The notes under the pieces were generated by a model. It had not been told where the DNA came from. It was given only the letters and a program-made list of their open reading frames with translations, and made no database searches. Of a stretch of 32,000 bases of DNA, positions 1-12,173 are shown piece by piece; within the stretch, counting starts at the first letter, position 1; every line of letters starts with the position of its first letter. Source of the stretch: Paramicrosporidium saccamoebae KSL3. Lineage: Eukaryota; Fungi; Cryptomycota. A program made the translations under genes and the position numbers. The stretch lies in assembly GCA_002794465.1 (NCBI GenBank), contig MTSL01000178.1, positions 95,451 to 127,450 on the forward strand, in the 5' to 3' direction.

Positions 1-2
1 AT

Positions 3-3000
3 GGGATGAGAAATTTGAGGATCTGCGAGGATGAGGCCTCGTATGGGCTGCTACCGCTCTTTCTTGGATCAGTATCTCTCTCATTCCAAGTACTACGACT
101 TGTCACAAGTACTAATTATATTAGAAAAGGGATGATATTACCCCTGAGGAGGTTCGGGAGCTGTTGAAACTTTGTAAGACTGTTGCCGTCAAAGTTGTCT
201 CTCCCGAAGACGTCAACTTTAGAGACTTTTCCATCGAGGCCCTACAGGATATTTTTGTCACATTGCCTGAATCGGCAAAGACTCTCATAGATCCGGTGCC
301 TACAATTGATTTTGCGTTGCGATCAGCTTTCGTTTGCTCAACCAATGCCATGGCCAAGACACCTAACGCCCCATGTGCCGTCATTACAGAGATAGCCACA
401 GCGATCACAGGGTTAGCCCATTCAGTTCTAGTCACGTCAGAAACGCGAATTGCAGAATACGATTCCTTGTTAGAAACTAATGAGTTTAAGGAATTGATCA
501 CGGCTGTCCATGAACGTATAAAATCCACGTGCAACGTTGATTTACTTGACTCGGTCGCTCGACTATTGATGGAATTCAAATTGGCTGCAGCAATGAAAAG
601 TTCAACGACTAGCAAAAATCGTGATACAATTCTAGCCCCAGTTATAGGACCGCTCCTTCAAAAGGTACGAGATCCTTGCACATTCTTAACCAATCTCAGG
701 TGTGGGACTTGATCCTAAGCGGAGAGTCCAATCCTATGACGATATCGTTGCTTCTATGCTCGCTCTATTCATATCATCCATGGGACATTGATAGCTTTTT
801 TTCTCGAAAGGTCAGCACTGGTAATATCGAAACGAGGTGTGTCGCAGTTCGTCAAGTTGCAGATGTATGGTCTCAATCAGGTATGGCTATTATATTTTCC
901 TCACTTCCTAAATAGTTGAGCTTTCACAATGCCCGGCATCATTTCTTCCGACAACCGTGACCGTATTGATGGAACTTTTAGAAGATCCTGTGCCGGAGAT
1001 TTCCAGGACGGCGTCTAATTGGTTTATTAAATCCGCGAACCACCTCCCAAGGTATTCTTGATTGTGTCCGTCCTTTATCATTAAGAATCATTGAGCCTCT
1101 TTTTCGACTGTTGATAGAAGTCCTGACAAACATCGAAGAGCCTTCAATGACATTTGTTCCATTCTATTCAAAGCCTTTCAACGCCGATCAGATTCACTAT
1201 TGCTTTCAACAGTTAAACGCCATGATCGAAATCGGTGGCTTAGCGGTTGCAGATTCCATGAATAATCTTTGCCTAAATCCAGGTTTACTAAATGATCTTC
1301 TGGCAAAGATTCCATCCAAGTACCGATTTTGCGACAGTAATCAAGGTACTTTCCCCGCACAACTGCTTTCATTCCTAGGAACCTCTTTAATTCTTTCTCT
1401 GTTGCTAATTTCCTTGCCGTACTCTTTTCTGCACGATCGATTGATATTTTTAGTTATTGCTGTGCGGAGAACCTTGAGAACGTCGGCGAAGATCTTCGGC
1501 GAAAGGTAGAATTGATCCAATTATCCTCTCAAAAACTCGTTGTGTCTGTCATCCAATGCTACGATAAGCCCGATATGAAGAATTTGAACTGCATTTATGA
1601 CATATTTTTGGAGAAGCTTCAGTATATGGTGCAAATTTCCTCGCACAAAGGCGAGGCGCTCACAGTAAAGATTGTGGAAGTTGTCCTTGCAAAAATGGCA
1701 AAATATCATGCCGAAAATGGAGATCTATTACCTGGTAGCTACCATTTACACTCCTAATCAGTAGATCCTTCATTCTTGACTGGAATTGTATCACAAATTC
1801 TGGCGGTAATTGACAGTCCCGAGGTTCTCTTGGCATGGACTGAATTTCTATGCTCCACAGATCTATACTTTGATGACGCCTATTCAAAGCTTGTGGGTCC
1901 TGCTTGTCAAGTATTGATCCAACGAATCCGAGAGGACATTAGTACGCAGAAACGAAATCACGAAGAGGACGGGTTTACTGTGGCAATCATGACTGCAGTC
2001 ACTGACATCATGTCGCGTGCTGCATTTTCGGACTCGGGAAAAATAGCCATATCAGCATTGTCCATACAAGGCACAAAGACAAAGTCTACTTGGGCTGGAG
2101 GCCTGCCACGCCATCCAAGTTTTGACAAAGGGATCGCCGAGCTCAGACTTAACTCAGTGACCTCCCTCATTCCATTTCTGCTCATAGAAGTTTGCCATCT
2201 TGTAGATCAAATCGGTAGTGCAGAAGCACGCCAAAATAGCCGGTTGATGCTTTTGTGCGAAAGAATATACTTGTCCAGTCCGTCAACCACACTGTATTCA
2301 GTTATCGATTATGTTAGTGGGCGGAATGAAGTACTAAGTGACACCAAGTTTATAATTGATACTCCTCTGGAAAAATTATTCAACACAAGTACTGGTCCAT
2401 TTCGCGAAGATCTAATGAGAAACCTGTCAATTTTCATGCGCGGAATCCGTGATGCGAAAACTGATCCTTATTCTAAATTGTACTGCAATTTTTTATTATT
2501 TCTAATATGCACAGATCTTTTGAGGCATTTTTCACACTGCTATATTTTTGTGCACAGAGCACAAATGACGCCGAAAAGTCGGCTGAGATCCTGTCCATTT
2601 TGACACAAGCCTCTCGTGACGTCATTGGCAATGTTGCAAGATTTCGATCTAGCATCCCTATAATATTGGCGGCCTACGTTCAAGTGCTAGAGGGACCCTT
2701 CTTCGAAGCATCGGCCGACAGCCGCAAAAATTATCGGGAATCCATAGTACTCGATCCGAAGTGATTTTATTTGTAGGACACCTTTTATCGAATCCTGGAG
2801 ATATCGATTAGTTTAGCAGCCAAGTCAAATGATGTCGGTATGTGGTCCAGCATCCAACCTGCGGAAGGAGAAGTCACACTAGACTCTGTAGCATCAATCT
2901 CAAAAGACAAGCCTTCAGGAAAAGTATTCACATATAATACTGCTCTAAAATTAGGCTTTTGGTGCAGTCATTTGGTTGATTATCCCGAAAATGGAAAAAA

Positions 3001-4154
3001 TATTGGACACTGACAAGTTGCAGCCAATCCTCTCATCGATTCTTAGTCAGATCCTGCTACCAAATCTCAAATCCGCGTTCAGGTACTGTACAATTTCAAA
3101 ATTTACTCTTAGATTTCAAGCTCTTGGGGCGTTGGCTACAATCGGCTTGCGAAGCATCTGTGTGCAATGTACGCTTTCCAAATACTGGAAGCGAGAATTT
3201 TGGGATTCCGTGTTCTTAGATCAGCAATTTTTTTCTTGCAACCAAGAGACGCTTCAGGATTTTGTTGTAGAGATGAAAACGCTTTTACAATCCGACTCGG
3301 AAAAAATTTCCGAGCTGCTTGGTATCATCTAATGTATGTATGTTAATGTTTAGCAAAAATACCATCCTCTGGTAGTTCTAACTTGTTTTTGTCACGCGAG
3401 ATGGAATCCTTGAATCGAGCAACTATGATAAGAAGGCTTGGGTTTGTGGCATTTTGTGCAGATGTTGAGACTTTAAAGTCCAGCATGCCTATCATACAAG
3501 AAAAAATTGTCGACATTTTACGTCTTGGGGCGGGTATTAGCTCATCAGAGGTGTCTACCCGGTGCATTATTTGTGCTAATTTTATAGATTTATATTCTTC
3601 TCAGAATTCTCTTGTTCCGTCTAGGCGACGAAATGCCGAGCACACTGTGGCCAGTTGTTGTCACAGACATTGTTGCTCTATATCGGAATGTGCTGAACAT
3701 TCCGAACCCGTCAAGTCTCCCACATGCTCAACTCATGACAGTTGCACAGGCCAGTAAGCTGGTTGATCTTGTTGTTATTTCTGGCTATGCTACCCCATTA
3801 TTGTAATATGTGCGGCAATTTTTTAATAGTAGGTATTTTTGGGTCTTATTTGGAAATGATACAACGCACAGCACGGATGTCTTGAAAACAAGAAACTTGT
3901 TCCGGCGCATAAACGAGAAGTTTGCTTGGGACAAGGAAATCATACCAGACGAAGCACACCAGATGTTAAAAATGCGAAAACCCTTAATTCCCGCTGGTCC
4001 TATCACTAGCTTGTATGATTTGGAAAATTATTTCTGTTTTGTGCAAAATAGATTACACGAGGGAGAGGCATTTAGTGTTGCCATTGATTCGACCGATTTA
4101 AAATCCAGGTTTCTACATGATTTTACTGAGACGATCACATCGTCTGGTGACTAG
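3..4154 (+). CDS. DOP1: Dopey/Dop1 family endosome-Golgi trafficking protein, 5'-partial (about 1240 aa in window)
   Basis: Exons join into one open frame through 13 GT-AG introns: 90-124, 665-699, 881-915, 1052-1085, 1419-1453, 1735-1761, 2480-2514, 2747-2776, 2924-2954, 3083-3112 (in-frame, tentative), 3322-3353, 3551-3587, 3803-3829 or 3832. The spliced protein has Dopey-like segments (LMELLEDPVPEISRTASNWF...LPRIIEPLFRLL; LFLSREMESLNRATMIRRLGFVAF...IQEKIVDILRL...EIYILLRILLFRL...STLWPVVVTDI...SKLVDLVV) recognisable against the human DOPEY C-terminus. Confidence 0.85.
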
Positions 4155-4178
4155 TTTAGATTGCTTTATAAAATTATA

Positions 4179-5576
4179 CTATTCGTACCCTTCGACTTTC
4201 ATATCATTCAGGCCGAACTCCTCATTCTGTTCAAACGTGCGCTCATATTCCTCGACAACCATCATGGGATCTTCGTCCGGCGCATATATATTTTGCAAGT
4301 AGCTATTGCCCATCGGATCATCCAAAATGACCGTACATAGAAGCTGAAGTTCACAAATCTTGTCAATATTTTTCAGTAAGCTGTCGAAAACCGATTTTTT
4401 TTCAGGCAATGCGGAATCTCCAGAGGCGAATGGGACTTTGTCATTGAGCTCCTTACGGACTTGCCTCAGTAGCCCTTCGAGAGTAGTAAAGCGTCCACCC
4501 AATGCACCGGTTGTTAAATGAAGATCAATTTCTGGTATTTCCAGAGTGCAGGTTTCGGATTTGAGAATATCTCGATTGAGATCTTCTTCTGACCTAAGTT
4601 TCAACGTAATTCTACGACCACGCAGAGCCATGGCTCCGCTACTCTTCACCTCGTTTGACTTATAGCCACAATAGTCGCACGTTGTGGCCATAATAATAAC
4701 TTCGCGAAAATGGGGAATCTCGATGAGATGCATCCTAGTTTCACACGGCGATGAGCACGAACTACAATTAGTTTGGAAGCAATACACTGAGTCTGGCACA
4801 AGATTGTCATTGTCATCTTCACCTTCCACGTTATTTTGAGCCGAAAACCCCATTAACGTAAGCTGTTCAGAAGTTTGCTTGTAATGAAGAGTTTTGATTT
4901 TCGGATCCGTTTTAGGGGCGCATCTAAGAATCAGCATTGGTTTTGAGATATTTGATACAAGTTTTCTATATAGCTGTTCCCTGAAGGGTCGTCAACGACA
5001 AAAGAGCATTTCATCTTGTTGCTCACGATATCCTCGAGCTTGGCAATAACTACCTCCAATTTTTCATGCGATTCTGAATCGGAAACCTATGTATCAGCAA
5101 TACACGCGCGTAGCAGATTTACTTTGCGTGAATCTTGCCCATCTCTTAGATCAGCTATAATGCGCCGAATTATTCCCTCCACAGTGTTGAGATATCCTTT
5201 TTGATGACTTGCGGGCACTTCTAGCATGGCTTCTTCGATGCTGACGCTTGCATGCTCTGATACAACTACCTGTCGATTCAAGTCTTCCAAAGAAGTTATT
5301 AGGCAAGTCTGCTTAATCCCTTTATCTGCGATCGCTGTAGCCGATTGAACATTATTGTTGCTGAATCCACAATGGGGGCATTCAAAGGCGGCGATTACTA
5401 TGTCGCGGAAGTGGGGGATTCTAGTAAGCAAGAAACGAGAAACGCCCTGCCATATTAAGCCAGAGTCGTAAAACTACCTTCTCCCTGCACTGCATACACA
5501 AGCTCTCTACCTCTACGACATTTTGCTCCGGGGAAATGTCCTCGAATATCGGCCTGTGTTCTTCCGGGTGTCCCAT
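4179..5576 (-). CDS. ZPR1: Zinc finger protein ZPR1 (eEF1A chaperone), 431 aa
   Basis: Exons 5478-5576, 5123-5446, 4959-5086, 4179-4923 (introns of 31, 36, 35 nt). Two ZPR1 modules: ESLCMQC...LLTRIPHFRDIVIAAFECPHCG and CSSC...IPHFREVIIMATTCDYCGYKSNEVK, each ending in DDPxGNSY. Confidence 0.96.
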
Positions 5577-5890
5577 TGTTTTCGATAATCCCTGGTTGAG
5601 TTGCCAAATATAGATGTGGGGAGTATGGGCATTTACAAAAGTACAAACCTCCCCATTCCATAGCCTTATACATAAAATCCGGCGGATGTTAGACAAAATA
5701 ACCGTATGCGCTCAATCGGTTTGGAAGCTCACCGGGCGCTGCCATCTATTTTCCTCCCTTGGAGTGTTTCTAAAGATATAATATCAGTGAACTCAGTTTG
5801 ATGCAAGTTCTCCCTGAATTAGGTCAATTTATTCATCAGGTACTTAGAAAGAATATACATTTGAGGTCATATAGAAGGTGCATAAACATT

Positions 5891-7125
5891 ATGCGTATTG
5901 GACCAATCAAACCTGCGCAAAGACAAGGGTCGAGAGGAATAGCGCAGCCAAAGAGTATGACGAACCGAAATAAGACTACAGCTATTCCTATACCAATTTC
6001 TGACCCTCCGTCGCATATTCCCACCGTCCTTCCCACCTCAAGCAGACCAAAGCAACGTCTAGAACCCACCAGGACGACAAAAAAGTCGCAGAAACTTGTG
6101 GTATTTCCTGATGCTGAAGTGGAAGAAGAGCAAGTTGATGAAAACTGTATTCAGATTGTATCTGATGAAGAATTCCCGTTCACTTCGAACGCTCCACAGT
6201 CAGACGAAAATCTTCGACGAGTTACGGCATATTTGACGGCCGAGTACTTTTTATTGGGAGAATTTTATTTTATAGATCATTCCGGCTGAAGGATCTTCGA
6301 GACCACTGTCTCAAGATGAATTTAACAGGGTCGGTTGATATCAAAAGATTTGACGAGGTCCTCTATTCGCCATATTTTATTGATAAAGAAAAGAGCGAGC
6401 TGGCCGGAAAGCTGGAGGATGCCGTTGCTTCTGATGCGCCTATCGGGGAAATCTTTGTCTTTGATTATGGAGTTGTCGTGATTTGGGGGCTAGATGAGGA
6501 AGATGAGAAGAAGGCCCTACATAGACTCCAACCTTACGAAACCGACAGGCTAAGTCCTGATGATGTGGAACTGGAAAGCTTTTCGTTCTGTCACAATCCC
6601 GACAAGCCTGCGCGTCTATTTAATGACATTATCAATCTACGGACCGGCCATCACCTGGTAAAACTGACTATTTCTCATGCATTGGCACAGTCAGTGAAGT
6701 TGGCGTATTTTGAGGAACTTATCGAGAATACAATTTTACATACGAAGAACATTCCTTATGAACTATCGTCCACTGGGACTATCAAAATGTCCAGACAGGA
6801 TATTAATAGGCAGATTGGAGAACTTTTTGCCATGCGTATGAATGTTAATCTGATTTCTAACGTTTTGGACACTCCTGAGCTGTTTTGGTCATTTCCAACG
6901 CTAGCACCACTATATCGCGCGGTCCGCGGATATCTAGAGATTTCACAGCGTGTCGAAGTTCTTAACCAAAGATGCGCCGTTCTTTCAGATATGCTTGACA
7001 TGCTCCGCGACCATGCTAACATCATGCACGGCGAGACTCTGGAATGGATCGTAATCGTACTAATTGCTATAGAAATCTTTATTGGGATTGCCAAAGGCCT
7101 GGGAGACGTTCTATATAGTAGATAG
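5891..7125 (+). CDS. RMD1: RMD1/Sif2-family (DUF155) protein, about 400 aa
   Basis: Intron 6244-6275 joins the two ORFs (RVTAYLTAE|SFRL). Family motifs: EIFVFDYGVVVIWG, SHALAQSVKL, LDTPELFW, YLEISQRVEVLNQR, LEWIVIVLI. The start is uncertain (ATG 5891 used; upstream in-frame ATG at 5798). RMD1 versus RMD8 paralog not resolved. Confidence 0.85.
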
Positions 7126-7194
7126 ATAGTGCACTAAGAATAAATAAAGCATGATGATGATTGCAGGCATGTGGATATTTATACAGATTGTTAA

Positions 7195-10172
7195 TTAGTT
7201 AGTGCTTGTCCTCGGACGAGGAGGAAGAGGAGGGCTGCCATCGGCATCTTTCAAGTCGATCAGATCAAAGCTAGACTCGAGGGTAGCGCTGTAGGGCTCA
7301 GGATCGGAAAGCCTACGGGATAAGCGCAAACTCAGACACGACTTACTCATCTAGGTAGGTTGCGCTCGAAGACAGCCTAATCTCTGCTCGTAATTTGCTC
7401 TCCCGGGCTCGATCGACCTTGAAAATGGGGACTTCGAATACGCCCTTCACAGGCTTGTGATCGGAAATGTCAATTTCTGATCTGTCGTAGAACATGCATC
7501 GTATCTATTCCGAAATTAAAACACGCGCAGGACAAAATTACATCGTCTCCTTTAAACAGAATTCGGTCGGTCCACGATGGGACCCGCATTTTTTCGCTAC
7601 AATATCAATATATGAAAGAAGGAATACCTCGAGTCGTATATGTTTGTTCCAAGATCGTACTTGTAACTAGGTGCAAAATTAAGCTCCCCTTCTTGAAAGT
7701 CCTGGAACACTAGCTTCTCCTTCATTCGCACGGTTAATTGATCATGCTCCCTCAATATGCTGTAGTTCTTCTCAACAATATGCTCCCGGACATGCTCTCG
7801 ATCCATATCGATCCTGTAATTCATGTCACCAAACCAGAAAACGACGTCATGGGCCAGAATGTCCCTCCCGCCGCTCATTTGCAGTTCATTGAGAGCGAAA
7901 ATTTGATCCCGGTCGCGCTCCGCTGCATTGTTTTGCCCAGCTGTAAAGTGGGAAGATACAAAGCAGAGGCTAGAGTTGAACACATCCATTCTAACTGCAA
8001 CACTTCCCTTGTTCCCAGCCATCCCACCCATACCAGTCTTTTTACTGGCAATTTCCACAGCACGGACTGCATCCAAAAAATCCGACCTGATAAAGACGCA
8101 AATTGTGGTGCCTACCAGCTGGTGAGATACGAGGAGCGAGAACGGAGTCTTTGAATGGCGGTCATTCAAATACTTTAAAATAAAGCCTTCCCACATGATT
8201 CTGCGTTCTGGATCCACGGACATGATCTGTGTAGCATTTAGCTGAACGATTTCCTGAAACCCGATCGCCACTATATGAGGAGGAGCAACGCCTATGAGGA
8301 TGAACAAAGTTACAAGCAGTATACCTTTGGGGACGGAAATGAGTGGAGAATAGTCTTCACCAGACAGAGGGATAGCAGCGTTTGTATTCCAAGTTAGAAC
8401 TTGCACAATTAGTTGCTCGCGATCACAGTATTCCTTTTTGCGTCTCTCGAGCTCTCCTTCAACGGCATCGCGCGATGGAGAATAAATGATCACCGGAGAT
8501 AACTCTGCAGTTTTCCCTAGCAATACGTCGATGGCACGCTGTCGTACTTTTTCGGAAAAGTTGTTCGAATAGAATCGTTTGGCATTGTTTTTAAAGTCCT
8601 CAAACAGGCTAGAGAATGTAAACTTGCCTAGTCGCCCGTAGCTTGACTTGATTGCATTAGATCCAGTATATATTCTACTTAACTGGTCTCCATTTGATGA
8701 CCATAGTTCAGACAAAGAGTTTTGGAACAAGTATGCATCATAGGTATTGCCAGAGCCAAGCAAATATGTTCTCACAAAGAGATCCACAGTCCTTTTGACA
8801 ATGTAATTTTGCACAATATTTGTCCTGTCTAAGCAGTCCAGACAATTGACTCTAAAGATTCCCTTTTGTTCTCGAACAATCGTTCCCGCAGGATCCATCA
8901 CAAAATACCCAAACACCTGAAGATCCCGGCCAATGAGGTGAAAAAGTGACTCTAGTCTTTCAAAGTTGCTGTTTTTGCACACTGCGTAAACATCAAAGGT
9001 TGTTTGACTGAGAGCCCCAACGTCCGGATACTTTCGTACATGAAAATCAAAGGCATTGGATAGAACATGTTCCGCTTGTCCCTCTTTTTGATTCAGCAGA
9101 TCAACAACATGGACGAGGCCATACGAGTCCTTGAGATTTGTGAAATGCCTATCGAATGCGGGCTGCGTTGCAGGTGGGGTGCGTGTTAGCTGGATGCGGG
9201 GGAATCCAAGCTGGAAACCCTGTTGATCCCAAAAGATGGGCACTGTCCCGCGAATAATTAGATGAGAGAATGTAAAATCTGGATGAGCAAACAGAGTCTC
9301 TGTCTCGACAAAATTAGAAACATTTCCATCGTCGTCAATGCCACGGGAACGATACCTTGTACCTGCCCTCTTGCAGCTAATTCGAGAGAATACGGCAAAG
9401 GCCGCCCGATTTTGCCCAAACATAAATTCCTGGATATCGGCGAAACCCTCGAAGCAGGCCACAAAGATACCTCCAGTCTGGATGGCCCTTTTTTCCGAAC
9501 CAAGTAGTGAGGCAGAAAATTTCATGATGGGCTTCATTAGAAATCGGTTCCAGAAGAACGAGCGCTCACAACTTGTCCAAGCGAAAGGATGCCCTAATTT
9601 GACAGTCTTCTGCAAGCTTTTAGTAGAGTCCCAATCGTATCCAAAGTAAAAGTAGCCTTCGGACAAAAAGACTGACAATTCTGCACATGGATGTTCGCCA
9701 TAAGCCTGACGTACTCCTCGACGTGCGTGCCCATGGTCCTCCAAGGGAAGACTTGCCGTCGAGGATGCATAGCTTGTTAAATCATCGTATTTTGACGAAG
9801 TGATGGACACAAAGTCGACCTCGTCTATCCTATATAGCATTCTTCCAACCACACTCCCGACTGCCGTCACTCTAGTAATTATACATATAAAGTCCTCTTT
9901 CAAATTAGTTACAGTCGACAATGGGCTGTACCTGAATCTACACGAATGATTCCGAGACATCCGAAAATGGGCCGCTCAACTAGTCTTTCATAGAGGGATA
10001 CATCGAGAGTGGCCGTGGCGACCAAGTCTACTTTGCACGCTGTAGTGACCTTCCCAGCTTGTCCAATCGACGAAAATGACACTGCTAGTGTTCGGCCAGT
10101 CTTTGAAGGGCCGCTGGGACAGATTACAATCCTCCGAAACGGGCCCCTCTCTAATAACAGTTCAGATTCCAT
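7195..10172 (-). CDS. Synaptojanin-like polyphosphoinositide phosphatase (Sac1 + 5-phosphatase; INP52/INP53-like), about 935 aa
   Basis: Introns 9897-9931, 8292-8324 (in-frame, tentative), 7597-7627, 7505-7541, 7313-7346. Sac1 catalytic RVNCLDCLDRTN; 5-phosphatase motifs WFGDMNYRI, PSYKYD...RVPSWTDRIL, SDHKPV; proline-rich tail PPLPPRP before TAA 7195-7197. The first exon and last three exons are not joined in the ORF track. Confidence 0.93.
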
Positions 10173-10357
10173 GGTGTGACGAGGCCCGGCTGTCGATGGA
10201 ATGGGCTACCTATTGGTCTATTAGTTAAGCGACCGCTCTGACATGTTCTTTGTGGAGATGACTATTTGAAAATTATACATTGATCCTAAACCTCGAGATG
10301 GGATTGCATCTTACTAAAATTGTGCACGAGGTCGGGGCTGCGGCGCGTTTTCACCGA

Positions 10358-11362
10358 ATGGATAGTGCTACGACCAGCCAGTCGCTCGAAGATACCGGTA
10401 AATTCCAAGTGGTAACGCTTAGTGCTTAACCATGTAGTTGTACATAATCCAGGCACAGTGCTTGTTGGAATATTTGCCGCGGTTGTCGTGTTTCAGTATG
10501 GTCTGCTATTGTGGAAGCGCAAGCACCCTAACACGTATCTGTTGACTTCCCTGTTTCTACTGTGGGTTTTCCCCCTATTCATCGCCATTAATAACTCTTT
10601 TTGGAGATTTACAATTGTTTGGCTGATATACTCGGCGACGAACTACCGTGTCATAAGAGCCGCTAGCCAGCCAAAACTAGACCCCAAGACCCCTAGATTT
10701 GTGTATCGGTTCTATCGAGGATTATTCAATGTCACTATGGGCATTGCTGCATTCGGATACGGGCTATTCCTAGTGAATGCTTTCATATTTCCCACTGCAA
10801 CAATGATCGATCTGAGCATTACGTTGGTGTTCTATGGCCTTTATTTTGGAGTGTTGAGCAGAGATTTGGTGGAATATGGGGCAGATCGCATGGCTACCAC
10901 GATTGGCGTACGTCTTTTCACTCTCTTCATTTCTTAGTATTACAGCAAAGAAGGTTTTCCCACAAAACATTTGCAGGCGAACATATGCGCCGTTTGTGGG
11001 GACAGCGTCTGTAGTCTACTAAACGTCCCAACGCCTGCATCTCCAAGCCAAGCGACGCCACTCCTTAGTCCAGAAAATGCAGACTACTTGTTCCTCAACT
11101 GCAACCATGCCGTCCATCTCCTGTGTTTGCATGGCTGGTGCCTCATTGGAAAGAAGGACACCTGCCCTTATTGCAAAGAGAGGGTTGATCTCGGCCTTAT
11201 ACAAACAAATCCGTACACTAAGCTCATGCATTAATAATGATTAGATGGAGAGATCCCGAGTTTGTTTATGGAAAATTGCTTGATCTGGTGCGATACATGG
11301 TCGTATGGCAACCGCTTCTAGCCTTTTTTATACACATTGTTATAACAGTAATAAAGAACTGA
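10358..11362 (+). CDS. RNF121/RNF175-like multi-pass membrane RING E3 ligase, 300 aa
   Basis: Exons 10358-10397, 10438-10907, 10938-11212, 11245-11362. LYFGVLSRD...MATTIG|YYSKEGFPTKHL...CAVCG...LNCNHAVHLLCLHGWCLIGKKDTCPYCKERVDL...NP|WRDPEFVYGKLLDLVRYMVVWQP follows the RNF121 pattern. Confidence 0.92.
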
Positions 11363-12091
11363 TTATTCGTGGCCAGGAGAGATCTCTTTCCGTTGTAATT
11401 CCTCGGCAATTTTGTGCGCGGTATAGTCTTCATATTCAAACCGGACAGTTGGGGCCACTCGAAGAGATAATTTCCGAGCAAGCTGGTACTTGATCGTTGC
11501 ACTGGTAGCAGCAAGTGCAGCTTCCAAATTTTTACGGTACAAACGATAGTCGTCCTGGTCGTCAATGGTCCAGCGGATGACACAATATTGGTAATCGGAG
11601 CTTTGTTCCACTCGGCTTACCCTCCATACTGGCAAACGAATATAAGGGTCTTTGACGTCAGTGCTCAGGATTCCGACAATTTCACTGTATATGCGCTCTC
11701 TGGTACGGGCCATACGGACGGAAATCTGGGCACATTTTTTTTCTTCAGCTCGAATCTGTGGTCGCGGTCGGAGCCTTTTGCTTCTGGACGGCAATTCCGC
11801 AACCGTTCCGTCCACAAGTTTCACACGCCTACTCTCAACTAACGCATCGTCTAGTAGTTTTTGGCGCTGCAGGCGCGGTATAGAACGAATGATATGGTCC
11901 GGGACAAACTGTCCGCAGGCGTCGGGGCTTTGAGACTTTTCTGCTGAACGGACGTCAACAATCCCGACGGACGGCTTCTCTCGAAGGACGATAAGTCTGG
12001 CAGCTATATTCAAGCCGGGAAGCGAGCTTGCAAAACGGAAATAATGATGAAGGGAAAAGTCCCAGACATGTTGGTTCGGAAACCGGAGCAT
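11363..12091 (-). CDS. RBFA: Ribosome-binding factor A (RbfA)-like protein, probably mitochondrial, 242 aa
   Basis: The C-terminal half (RMARTRERIYSEIVGILSTDVKDP...VSRVEQSSDYQYCVIRW...IKYQLARKLSLRVAPTVRFEYE) matches the RbfA KH-fold pattern (R..RV...I..E...IL...KDP; V..S.D; L.LR..P.L.F..D). There is a long N-terminal extension beginning MLRF. Confidence 0.78.
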   Translation of the reverse strand: MLRFPNQHVWDFSLHHYFRFASSLPGLNIAARLIVLREKPSVGIVDVRSAEKSQSPDACGQFVPDHIIRSIPRLQRQKLLDDALVESRRVKLVDGTVAELPSRSKRLRPRPQIRAEEKKCAQISVRMARTRERIYSEIVGILSTDVKDPYIRLPVWRVSRVEQSSDYQYCVIRWTIDDQDDYRLYRKNLEAALAATSATIKYQLARKLSLRVAPTVRFEYEDYTAHKIAEELQRKEISPGHE

Positions 12092-12173
12092 CCTAAAAAG
12101 GAAAGTCAGATTAAGCCATCGACTGCCTGGGTCTAAAACTTTTTACGAGCCAGCAGGCTTTTCTCGAGTTGCG

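Noticed and set aside
1-4154. Alternative genetic code, readthrough or programmed frameshifting as the cause of the many broken ORFs
   Set aside because: Each break is resolved by a 27-40 nt GT-AG intron that restores frame and conserved motifs, and the spliced lengths are multiples of three.
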